A DNA stretch of 64,000 bases, from assembly GCA_902793335.1 (NCBI GenBank), contig CADBCZ010000009.1, positions 1,723-65,722 of the forward strand, read 5' to 3'. Shown here piece by piece: positions 30,070 through 38,689 of the stretch. The notes under the pieces were generated by a model. It saw nothing but the letters and a program-made list of their open reading frames with translations, searched no databases and was not told where the DNA came from. Numbering within the stretch: the first letter of the stretch is position 1; each line of letters starts with the position of its first letter. The DNA is from an uncultured Lachnospiraceae bacterium. GTDB taxonomy: Bacteria > Bacillota > Clostridia > Lachnospirales > Lachnospiraceae. The position numbers and the translations under genes are program-made.

Positions 30070-30669
30070 TTAAGCATTATTTCTCATAGTATTATTAATC
30101 AATTCAGCCGAGAATCCCTTACTGTAAAAATGCCTAAAAACTTTATTTCTAATAATTGGATCACCAATATCCTTACCCTTGATATATTTATTATATTGTT
30201 GTACAAAACAGTCCTGATCTGAATGTTCATTCCTTTCGAAATATTCTGTTATTATCTTTTTTTCAACTCCCTTTGATATAAGAGCGATTTCCATCTGTCT
30301 TCTACTCTTATTATGGCTATAACAGTTTACATACATCGAAACATAGTCATTATCATTAAGATAATTATAATCAATTAAAAAACATATTATCTTATCAGTA
30401 ACTACTTCAGGACATCCCACGGAAATAAGCTTTCGTTTCATAGAATAAACAGTATAAGGCTTATGTTCCAATAGATATAGCGCCCGTTCTTTACCTCGTT
30501 TGAATAATGTATTATCCAGTAAATCATCTATAATAATGTTGGATATATCTTTACCTTCCTCTATACCATATTTCTTTAATTCGTTGAAATATAAAGAAAA
30601 AAGATATCCCTCTTGGCTATAAACCTTGTACTTTTTCCCTGTACCTTTACAAACTTTCGATATTATCAT
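30070..30669 (-). CDS. recX: Recombination regulator RecX
   Basis: 199 aa helical-repeat protein lying 5 nt downstream of recA. The RecX-like repeats are AT-rich and diverged. Confidence 0.75.
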   Translation of the reverse strand: MIISKVCKGTGKKYKVYSQEGYLFSLYFNELKKYGIEEGKDISNIIIDDLLDNTLFKRGKERALYLLEHKPYTVYSMKRKLISVGCPEVVTDKIICFLIDYNYLNDNDYVSMYVNCYSHNKSRRQMEIALISKGVEKKIITEYFERNEHSDQDCFVQQYNKYIKGKDIGDPIIRNKVFRHFYSKGFSAELINNTMRNNA

Positions 30670-30674
30670 ATTAA

Positions 30675-31739
30675 TTATTCCGCATCATCAAGAGATTCCT
30701 TATTATCATGTAAAGCACTGTCATTTTGAGAATCTTCAAGTAAACCAGCCGCAATACGAACCTTGTGTTCTACTTCAGCAGTCATCTCAGGATGTTCCGA
30801 AAGATATATCTTAGTGTTCTCTCTTCCCTGTCCAATCTTTTCACCATTATATGAAAACCATGCTCCGGCCTTATTAATAATATTCTCTTTTACCGCAAGA
30901 TCCAGGATATCTCCAACTTTAGAAATTCCTTTTCCAAACATTATATCAAATTCCGCCTCTCTGAAAGGAGGAGCTACTTTGTTCTTAACAACCTTCACCC
31001 TTGTTCTGTTACCGATAACTTCCCCATTCTGCTTAAGTGTCTCAATTCTTCTTACATCCATTCTTACGGATGAATAAAATTTCAGAGCTCTACCACCGGT
31101 AGTCGTCTCAGGATTACCGAACATTACACCCACTTTTTCACGAAGCTGATTAATAAATATAACAACACAATTAGATCTGCTTATTACTGCAGTAAGCTTT
31201 CTAAGTGCCTGTGACATAAGTCTTGCCTGTAAACCGACATGTGAATCTCCCATCTCGCCATCTATTTCAGCCTTAGGTACCAACGCTGCAACGGAGTCAA
31301 CTATTATAACATCAACAGCCCCCGATCTAACCATTGTCTCCGTGATTTCCAGTGCCTGTTCTCCGTTATCCGGTTGTGAAATATATAAATTATTGATATC
31401 AACACCAATGTTCTCTGCATATACCGGATCTAGCGCATGCTCTGCATCAATAAAACCTGCAATGCCACCACTCTTCTGAACTTCAGCCACAACATGAAGT
31501 GCTACCGTTGTCTTACCACTTGATTCAGGACCATATATCTCTATTATTCTTCCCTTAGGAACCCCTCCTATACCAAGTGCTATATCTAAACTTAAAGAAC
31601 CTGTAGGAACAGCCTCAACATTCATAGTAGAAGCTGAATCTCCAAGCTTCATCACCGTACCTTTACCAAACTGCTTCTCAATATTAGCCAGCGCTGCATC
31701 AAGTGCCTTCATCTTATCATTATTATCTGTCACTGCCAT
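30675..31739 (-). CDS. recA: Recombinase RecA
   Basis: 354 aa with canonical motifs [21 protein letters not shown] and IIVDSVAAL. Confidence 0.97.
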   Translation of the reverse strand: MAVTDNNDKMKALDAALANIEKQFGKGTVMKLGDSASTMNVEAVPTGSLSLDIALGIGGVPKGRIIEIYGPESSGKTTVALHVVAEVQKSGGIAGFIDAEHALDPVYAENIGVDINNLYISQPDNGEQALEITETMVRSGAVDVIIVDSVAALVPKAEIDGEMGDSHVGLQARLMSQALRKLTAVISRSNCVVIFINQLREKVGVMFGNPETTTGGRALKFYSSVRMDVRRIETLKQNGEVIGNRTRVKVVKNKVAPPFREAEFDIMFGKGISKVGDILDLAVKENIINKAGAWFSYNGEKIGQGRENTKIYLSEHPEMTAEVEHKVRIAAGLLEDSQNDSALHDNKESLDDAE

Positions 31740-31752
31740 GTATTCAACCTCC

Positions 31753-31766
31753 TGAACATCTGTTCG
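31753..31766 (-). promoter_or_regulatory. LexA (Cheo/DinR) box between the recA -10 and its Shine-Dalgarno sequence
   Basis: Minus strand reads CGAACAGATGTTCA, compared with the Firmicute consensus CGAACnnnnGTTCG. It abuts AGGAGG. Confidence 0.7.
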
Positions 31767-31775
31767 TTTTTTATA

Positions 31776-31804
31776 ATACTAATATATCTTAAAGAATTTG
31801 TCAA
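31776..31804 (-). promoter_or_regulatory. Candidate sigma-A promoter of recA
   Basis: Minus strand reads TTGACA - 17 nt - TAGTAT. Confidence 0.5.
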
Positions 31805-31813
31805 CAAAAAAAT

Positions 31814-31827
31814 CGAAAATAAGTTCG
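31814..31827 (-). promoter_or_regulatory. Second, imperfect LexA-like box upstream of the recA -35
   Basis: Minus strand reads CGAACTTATTTTCG (GAAC-N4-TTTC, one mismatch in the right half-site). Confidence 0.4.
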
Positions 31828-31917
31828 ATTCGAATATAATCCTATTAAATTCTAATAATCAGGGGAATCAGGTCAGTATGTGACCTTAAAGACAGTATTA
31901 AAATAGCATATTATTTC

Positions 31918-31946
31918 TTGAATGTAAAGTAAAATAATTGTATGAT
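31918..31946 (+). promoter_or_regulatory. Candidate sigma-A promoter of tmcAL-ylbJ
   Basis: TTGAAT - 17 nt - TATGAT, lying 30 nt upstream of the ATG. Confidence 0.4.
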
Positions 31947-31975
31947 AGGTTTATATAATATTTACAAGGAGACGC

Positions 31976-33205
31976 ATGATGAAGCACATTGGAATAATCG
32001 CAGAATATAATCCCTTTCACAACGGTCACGCATATCAGTTTTCCCAGATAAAGAAAGATTTTCCCGACAAAAAAATTGTTATATGTTTAAGTGGTGATTA
32101 TGTACAACGCGGAGAACCCTGTATTTTTCCAAAATCTCTTAGATGTAAATGTACACTTAACGGCGGAGCCGATCTTGTAATTGAGACGCCCATCCTCTAC
32201 TCCTCTGCATCCTCTGAACATTTTGCTACTGCAGGAGTAATGACATTATATAAGACCGGTATTGTTGATACCATTTGTTTCGGAGCTGAATGTAACGATA
32301 AAGACAAACTGATTTTCCTCGCCGAATTATTCCTAAATGAGCCCGATGACTATAAAGCTGCATTAAAAAGCAATCTTTCCTTAGGTCTGTCATTTCCCAA
32401 AGCCAGATACAATGCTGTCAAAACATGCTTTCCCGGCAAGAACTATGAAATCATCTTAGAATCACCTAATAATATTCTTGCCATTGAATACATCAAAGCA
32501 ATAAGAAAATTCAAACTTCCATTGGATATTCACATTATAAAAAGAAGTCATGATAATCACAACATTCTGTCAACTGATGATAATATATGTTCATCCTCAG
32601 CTCTCAGAAACACTTTTACTTCCGACAATTTTGATTATAATTCCTGGAATAATAACATTCCTGAAAAAGTACTTGATACGATCAAGGATAGTCCTGTCTC
32701 CAAGCCGCTTTTTCTTGATGATTTTTATTCTTATTTACAATACAAACTAATATCCGACATCGAATCAATAAATGGGATTTTTGAAATGACAGAAGAATTA
32801 TCCAATACTATAAAAAACCTTTCAATAATGCCTTCATCATTTAATGAACTTATTGATATTCTTTCATCAAAACATAACACAAAAGCAAGGGTAAGACGTG
32901 CACTTTTCAACGTTATTCTTTCCCGCTCTAAACAACTTATTAAAGAATATCCTCCCGAAAATGTATATTATATACGATTATTAGGAGTACGCAATAATTC
33001 TACACATCTCATCAAAGATATGAAAGAGGTTTGCGATGTCCCTGTAATCAATAAAACATCTCTGGCAAAGAATATATTATCTAAAAGTGAATTTCAATTA
33101 TTTTTACGTGAAATATACGAAAACAAACTTTACCGTCAGGTATTTTATAACAAATACGGTATCATTCTACCAAATGATTACGAACAATCAGTAATAATAC
33201 TGTAG
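31976..33205 (+). CDS. tmcAL: tRNA(Met) cytidine acetate ligase TmcAL (YlbM/UPF0348 nucleotidyltransferase)
   Basis: 409 aa. The N-terminus GIIAEYNPFHNGHAYQ is the HxGH nucleotidyltransferase signature of YlbM/TmcAL. The second ATG (31979) has better Shine-Dalgarno spacing. Confidence 0.8.
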   Translation: MMKHIGIIAEYNPFHNGHAYQFSQIKKDFPDKKIVICLSGDYVQRGEPCIFPKSLRCKCTLNGGADLVIETPILYSSASSEHFATAGVMTLYKTGIVDTICFGAECNDKDKLIFLAELFLNEPDDYKAALKSNLSLGLSFPKARYNAVKTCFPGKNYEIILESPNNILAIEYIKAIRKFKLPLDIHIIKRSHDNHNILSTDDNICSSSALRNTFTSDNFDYNSWNNNIPEKVLDTIKDSPVSKPLFLDDFYSYLQYKLISDIESINGIFEMTEELSNTIKNLSIMPSSFNELIDILSSKHNTKARVRRALFNVILSRSKQLIKEYPPENVYYIRLLGVRNNSTHLIKDMKEVCDVPVINKTSLAKNILSKSEFQLFLREIYENKLYRQVFYNKYGIILPNDYEQSVIIL

Positions 33206-33249
33206 GTATCAACATATATTTTCATTAATCAAAAAATAAATGCACTACT

Positions 33250-34146
33250 ATGAAAAGATCTGTTTTTCTGACAACACTTATTTTTCTGACATTAATATTT
33301 CACAATGAAGTTATGTCCGGCACCCGCTCCGGTCTAATCGTATGGTATCGTATGCTTATACCGGCTCTGTTGCCATTTATTATTATCACTAACGCTTTGT
33401 TTGAAACAAGCTCCTATAAAAATCTAACCTGTTATTTTTCAAATAAATCTGAACGGGCATATATATTAATTGCAATTATCTTTGGTAATTTATGCGGATA
33501 TCCTATAGGCGCAAAAATACTTAATGATTTCGTTTCTTCACAAAATATCAATTCCAACACAGCTAATAAGCTACTATCATTTTCCAGTCAGGCCAGTCCA
33601 ATGTTCCTACTCGGTTTTGTATATCCCATGCTACCAAAAAAATCACTATCCATCCCTGTGTTCCTGTTATTGATATATCTTCCTCATATATTTTTATTTT
33701 ATATTTATAATTTTAATCAAAGCAACTCTGATTTAAATCAGAACTCTAACCCTGAAATCAATTATGAATCAGACAAACATATTAATATTTCAGGAACATT
33801 TATACAGGCAGTAAATATAATGGTAGTGATAGGTATATATGTAATTATATTTTCTATTGTCTTAAACATTTTACTCCCTAAATCAAATAATAATTTATCT
33901 AAATGTTTACTTGCATTTATGGAAATTACAAACGGAATGAATTTGATAAACAATCTCAACATTTCAAACACTCTTCGCTGTTGCCTTCTGACAACCTTGT
34001 CTTCCTTTGGCGGATTATGTACTGCTTTTCAAATAAAGGGCGTGCTGTTATATGAAGCTTCATCAATCAAAAAGTACCTGATGGATAAAATTATCATATC
34101 CTCAGGTACTTTCATACTTACTTTCTTTTATTTGAAATTTAATTAA
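33250..34146 (+). CDS. ylbJ: Sporulation integral membrane protein YlbJ (nucleoside-recognition-domain membrane protein)
   Basis: 298 aa polytopic protein with an N-terminus of the ..GLIVWYRMLIPALLPFIIITN.. type. It is adjacent to ylbM, coaD and rsmD as in B. subtilis. Confidence 0.65.
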   Translation: MKRSVFLTTLIFLTLIFHNEVMSGTRSGLIVWYRMLIPALLPFIIITNALFETSSYKNLTCYFSNKSERAYILIAIIFGNLCGYPIGAKILNDFVSSQNINSNTANKLLSFSSQASPMFLLGFVYPMLPKKSLSIPVFLLLIYLPHIFLFYIYNFNQSNSDLNQNSNPEINYESDKHINISGTFIQAVNIMVVIGIYVIIFSIVLNILLPKSNNNLSKCLLAFMEITNGMNLINNLNISNTLRCCLLTTLSSFGGLCTAFQIKGVLLYEASSIKKYLMDKIIISSGTFILTFFYLKFN

Positions 34147-35393
34147 AACTTCTTTTCCATGGTAAAATCATCTATAACGCCAACCGATTTGCCATCTTTT
34201 GCAGATGAAGTTTCCTTAATCGTACTATTATCAGCAGCTTCCTCAACTACAGCTCTTCCTACTCTAGGTCCTCTCTTGACATTGCCTTCCATAGGAGGAA
34301 CCTCTCTTGCCTGTTCACCATTTGCCTTATAAACAGTTTTATCAACTTTATTATTCGCAGCAGCCTCTAACGTTTTGGCAACTGTCTCTTGAGCTGTCTG
34401 TGGTGTATGTATTACAGGATTTCTTTTTTTGACTACCTTTTTAACCTTTTTAGGCTTTTCTTCTGTAGCCGCTACCTGATTATCATTCTCTATTTCCTGA
34501 AACGTTGATTCAGTTTCTTTTTCTTTCTTAGTATCTTTCGCTATATTTTTGTTATCTTTATTGTCATTTACAGGCTTATTATCATTTTTAACCTCTATAG
34601 TATCATTATCCTTAACAACAACTGAAGCTTCAGTTTCTACAGTTTTGTCAAACAAACCGTTTTTCTTCTCTTCAACAGCCATATCAGCTTTGTCATCCTT
34701 GCCGCTTACAGCCTGTTTTACCTTCTCAACCATGCTCTGTTTTGCCTTTGGTGCAGGCGGAACAGCCTTTCCATTGGCAGCAACCTTCATCTGAGGAGCT
34801 TTTGTAACACTGTTAGGATCACCTGTAAACTCAACAATCTGATTCTGAATTTCATCAAGATTGGCATTTGCAATAAGGTAATCATTTTCAAGAGTTGCAA
34901 TAAGATTCTCATAATTTGCACGCTCGGCCTGAAGAGTAGCCTCAACATAATTACGGATGCCTAACATAATATCGTTTGTATACTTCATAGAACCAAGTCT
35001 TATCTCATTCGACTCAGCAGCTGCCTGTGCGAGCATATCATTCGCCTGAACACGCGCAAGTTCAACAGTCTCATAAGCCTGCTGATTAGCCTGATTAACA
35101 ATTGCAGTCTCTGATATCATTTGATTAGCCTGAGCCTGAGCCTGATTAATAATTTCATCAGCTGTCTTTCTGGCGTCCATTAAAATAGCCTCTTTGTTGC
35201 GCATAATTTTCTTACAACGGTCTATCTCAGCAGGGATCTTAACTTTAAGATCACCAAACAATTCATCAAACTCATCTCTAGGAACAACCACCTTGTTAGA
35301 TGACAAAGCTGTTGTCTTACAACTGTTCATAAAATCCTCAATTTCATTCATTACATCTTCAATACTCTTCCTAGCCACTTGTCTTTCCTCCAT
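34143..35393 (-). CDS. Coiled-coil protein (ATP-synthase b/E-like or DivIVA-like N-terminal ~190 aa) with a K/E/N/D-rich low-complexity C-terminal half; function unknown
   Basis: 416 aa. The N-terminal half has heptad-like Q/A/N-rich helices, and the C-terminal half is low-complexity (..KDNDTIEVKNDNKPVNDNKDNKNIAKDTKKEKE..). It starts 7 nt after the coaD stop, so it is probably co-transcribed with rsmD-coaD. Confidence 0.5.
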   Translation of the reverse strand: MEERQVARKSIEDVMNEIEDFMNSCKTTALSSNKVVVPRDEFDELFGDLKVKIPAEIDRCKKIMRNKEAILMDARKTADEIINQAQAQANQMISETAIVNQANQQAYETVELARVQANDMLAQAAAESNEIRLGSMKYTNDIMLGIRNYVEATLQAERANYENLIATLENDYLIANANLDEIQNQIVEFTGDPNSVTKAPQMKVAANGKAVPPAPKAKQSMVEKVKQAVSGKDDKADMAVEEKKNGLFDKTVETEASVVVKDNDTIEVKNDNKPVNDNKDNKNIAKDTKKEKETESTFQEIENDNQVAATEEKPKKVKKVVKKRNPVIHTPQTAQETVAKTLEAAANNKVDKTVYKANGEQAREVPPMEGNVKRGPRVGRAVVEEAADNSTIKETSSAKDGKSVGVIDDFTMEKKF

Positions 35394-35400
35394 TTTTTCT

Positions 35401-35880
35401 TTAGTTCAACTTTTCTTTAAGTCTAATCGCTACATTTCCCGGAACAAATTCACTGACATCCGTTCCATACCTTGCGTATTCCTTGACAATACTTGAACTA
35501 AGATATGCATAGTCAATACTTGTTGTCAGAAATACGGTATCAATAGTATCCTTGCTGACTTTCCTGTTGCTTTGAGCAATCTGCAGTTCATATTCAAAAT
35601 CAGTAACTGCGCGAAGACCTCTCACAATCACTGAAATATCATTCTTTTTCATATAATCTATCAAGAGTCCATCAAAATTAATAACCTTAACATTATCAAA
35701 ATCTTTCACTGCATCTTCTATCATCTCAGTTCTCTCTTCAAGTGTAAATAGTGGGTTCTTGGCACTATTGGAAAGAACTCCCACGATTACCTCTTCAAAC
35801 ATAGATGCAGAACGCTTGATAATATCAAGATGACCATATGTTACCGGATCAAAACTACCCGGATAAATAACCTTACTCAA
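35401..35880 (-). CDS. coaD: Phosphopantetheine adenylyltransferase
   Basis: 159 aa with (M)[20 protein letters not shown], the canonical CoaD N-terminus. It uses a TTG start immediately after the rsmD stop. Confidence 0.93.
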   Translation of the reverse strand: MSKVIYPGSFDPVTYGHLDIIKRSASMFEEVIVGVLSNSAKNPLFTLEERTEMIEDAVKDFDNVKVINFDGLLIDYMKKNDISVIVRGLRAVTDFEYELQIAQSNRKVSKDTIDTVFLTTSIDYAYLSSSIVKEYARYGTDVSEFVPGNVAIRLKEKLN

Positions 35881-36456
35881 TTATAATTCCTCGTTTCCTT
35901 TGTCATCTGTTTTTTCAAAAAACGTATGCTTATTGGTCTTATAAATCTTCTCTTTTACAATACGAAGTCCATTAAACTCATCCTTCATAAACGAAGTCTC
36001 AAGATCAGATTCGACTATAACCAACGCATCTTCATTCAGTATATCAATAAATGTAGGCTTAGAAAGAATCTCCTTTTCCAGTCCCTTACCGTAAGGTGGA
36101 TCCATAAAAACAATATCAAACTTCTCGTCCGACGACAACCTGCTTAAAGCATTCAAAGCATTGGTATTAATAATAAATGCATCTTCAACAAGATGTGTCT
36201 TTGAAAGATTGGCCTCTATCACGCTACAAGCCTTTCGGTTACTCTCAATAAAGTATGCCTTTCTTGCTCCGCGACTAAGTGCCTCAATACCTATGCCGCC
36301 GCTACCTGCAAACAAATCAAGGAAACATGAGTCATAAATATTGTTATTAATCATATTAAAAAGTGTTTCCTTTATGCGATCGGTAGTCGGACGTGTCTCC
36401 ATCCCTTCAGGTGCCTTAAGTTGGATACTGCGTGCTTTTCCAGCTATTACTCTCAT
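35881..36456 (-). CDS. rsmD: 16S rRNA (guanine966-N2)-methyltransferase RsmD
   Basis: 191 aa with MRVIAGKARSIQLKAPEG..RPTTDRIKE..LDLFAGSGGIGIEALSRGA and DPPY motifs. Confidence 0.9.
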   Translation of the reverse strand: MRVIAGKARSIQLKAPEGMETRPTTDRIKETLFNMINNNIYDSCFLDLFAGSGGIGIEALSRGARKAYFIESNRKACSVIEANLSKTHLVEDAFIINTNALNALSRLSSDEKFDIVFMDPPYGKGLEKEILSKPTFIDILNEDALVIVESDLETSFMKDEFNGLRIVKEKIYKTNKHTFFEKTDDKGNEEL

Positions 36457-36508
36457 AAACCAAACTCCTTATTTATTTTAGTTAAAAAAAGAGAATTGTC
36501 AAGCAATA

Positions 36509-38521
36509 TTACAAATATACCGTTGTATTATTATCCGACAAGATCTCTAACGGAAATGATTCCTTTTGCAGATATGTTACGGCATCCGATGCCTTTTTTA
36601 AAATATCTGCATTATTATAAATGTCTCCGAGCATAAACAACATTTCTCCGCTCTGTCTTACACCAAAGAAATCCCCAGGTCCTCTAAGTTTTAAATCTTC
36701 ATTTGCTATAAAAAATCCATCGTTAGATTTATTTAATATATCAAGTCTTTTAAGTGCATCTTTATTATCGGAAGAACAAAGCATTATACAGTAAGACTGA
36801 AAATCCCCGCGTCCAACTCTTCCTCTAAGCTGGTGAAGCTGAGCAAGACCAAACCTTTCTGCATTTTCTATCATCATAACTGTTGCATTAGGATTGTTGA
36901 TACCTACCTCTATAACAGTTGTTGATATAAGGATATCTATCTTTTTCTCAATAAAATTCTCCATTATCTCGTTTTTTTCATCGGCAGACATCTTTCCGTG
37001 TAGATATGTAATATTAATTTCGGGAGAAAAATAATCTTTTAGTCTCTCCTGATATTCTATTACATTCTCAGCTTCAACATTTTCACTTGCTTCGACCATT
37101 GGACATATTATATATATCTGGTGCCCCTCATCAATTTGTTCCTTCATAAACTTGTATGCGGTAGGTCTGTATTTAGGACCAACCACACAATTCTTGATCG
37201 GTTTTCTGTTGGCCGGCATATCCTTTATAATTGAAATATCAAGATCACCATACATTATGATAGCAAGTGTTCTTGGAATCGGAGTGGCACTCATAACAAG
37301 AACATGAGGCTCTTTACCTTTCTTGGATAACTTCTCTCTCTGTCGAACTCCAAATCTATGCTGTTCATCCGTTATTACCAAAGCCAGATTATTATAGACC
37401 ACTTTATCCTGTATAAGAGCATGTGTTCCTACTAAAACATCAATATCTCCATTTAACAGTTTTTCATAGATTCTTCGTTTCTCTGATAGTTTTGTCGAAC
37501 CCACCAACAGTTCAACACTTACATCATAGTCTTTATAATCCCTTATCAGATTGTCATAATGTTGTTTCGCCAACACCTCTGTCGGTGCCATAAAAGCTGC
37601 CTGATATCCATTTTTAACCGTAGATAAAATTGCAATCTCTGCAACTGCTGTTTTTCCGGAACCAACGTCTCCCTGTATCAACCTGTTCATCACTGTCAAA
37701 CCAGCAAGATCTTTCCTGATATCTTCTACCGCAGTTTTTTGTCCTTTCGTCAATTCAAATGGCATATTGGATATGAACCTGTCCGTTTCAGTAAAATCAT
37801 TTATAACAAAGTTATTAGATTCTTTAACAGTATGTTCTCGGATCAATGCCATCTTTACAAGAAACATAAAGAATTCATCAAAAACAAGTCTATTCCTGCA
37901 TTCTAACATACTTTCAAAATTTTCTGGAAAGTGAACACCTTTTATTGCAGAAGAAAGCGGCATCAAAGAGTATTTATCTATAATAGATTGAGGAATATTA
38001 TCTTCTATTTCATCAACAAGAGGCAAGGCAGCTTTTACAGATTTGGTTACTGTCTTATTACTGAGTCCCATTGTCAATGGATAAATGGGCTGCATTGTCA
38101 TCTTCATATTTTCGTACTGCTCAACAGTATAATATTCAGGATGTTCCATTGTATACTGATTGTTCCTGATTGTAAGATTTCCTACAAAAATATAAGTCTG
38201 TCCAATATGGAATACCTGTTTTAAAAATGGAGAATTATACCACACCAGTTTCACCTGCCCTGTACTATCTTTCACCATACAGGTAACCAGAGTTAATTTT
38301 CTGATTTTTTTAATATCAACATAAGTATTAATAGTTGCCTTTATAGCCACCCTTTCTCCCGCAGTAGCATTTTCTATATCACATGTCTTTTCATATGTAA
38401 GATAATTTCTTGGATAAAACCTCAACAACTCATCAATCGTATTAATATTTAATTTTTCAAATAAACCTGAAGTTTTAGGACCTACTCCCTTCAAATTTTC
38501 CACTTTATCTTTTATATTCAT
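36509..38521 (-). CDS. recG: ATP-dependent DNA helicase RecG
   Basis: Contains the wedge domain and helicase motifs (GDVGSGKT, DEQHRFG, SATPIPR). The start is placed at MNIKDKVENLKGVGPKT (ATG 38521), the usual RecG N-terminus; the track ORF extends 17 codons further. Confidence 0.92.
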   Translation of the reverse strand: MNIKDKVENLKGVGPKTSGLFEKLNINTIDELLRFYPRNYLTYEKTCDIENATAGERVAIKATINTYVDIKKIRKLTLVTCMVKDSTGQVKLVWYNSPFLKQVFHIGQTYIFVGNLTIRNNQYTMEHPEYYTVEQYENMKMTMQPIYPLTMGLSNKTVTKSVKAALPLVDEIEDNIPQSIIDKYSLMPLSSAIKGVHFPENFESMLECRNRLVFDEFFMFLVKMALIREHTVKESNNFVINDFTETDRFISNMPFELTKGQKTAVEDIRKDLAGLTVMNRLIQGDVGSGKTAVAEIAILSTVKNGYQAAFMAPTEVLAKQHYDNLIRDYKDYDVSVELLVGSTKLSEKRRIYEKLLNGDIDVLVGTHALIQDKVVYNNLALVITDEQHRFGVRQREKLSKKGKEPHVLVMSATPIPRTLAIIMYGDLDISIIKDMPANRKPIKNCVVGPKYRPTAYKFMKEQIDEGHQIYIICPMVEASENVEAENVIEYQERLKDYFSPEINITYLHGKMSADEKNEIMENFIEKKIDILISTTVIEVGINNPNATVMMIENAERFGLAQLHQLRGRVGRGDFQSYCIMLCSSDNKDALKRLDILNKSNDGFFIANEDLKLRGPGDFFGVRQSGEMLFMLGDIYNNADILKKASDAVTYLQKESFPLEILSDNNTTVYL

Positions 38522-38604
38522 ACTTACCACATCCATACCAACAAGCATCTTTACTATTGTTATACATGACAATGTATACCGATATCCGTTACATAAAAAT
38601 AATC

Positions 38605-38648
38605 ATGGTGGTGCAGTAATCTTAATCAAGACACCTGAGCACCACCAT
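38605..38648 (-). terminator. Terminator-like hairpin after the DAK2 gene
   Basis: 10-bp GC-rich stem ATGGTGGTGC / GCACCACCAT with a 24-nt loop, followed on the minus strand by GATTATTTTTATG. Confidence 0.5.
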
Positions 38649-38689
38649 AAATAATTATTTAATATGTTATTCCGACACCGTGTGATATT

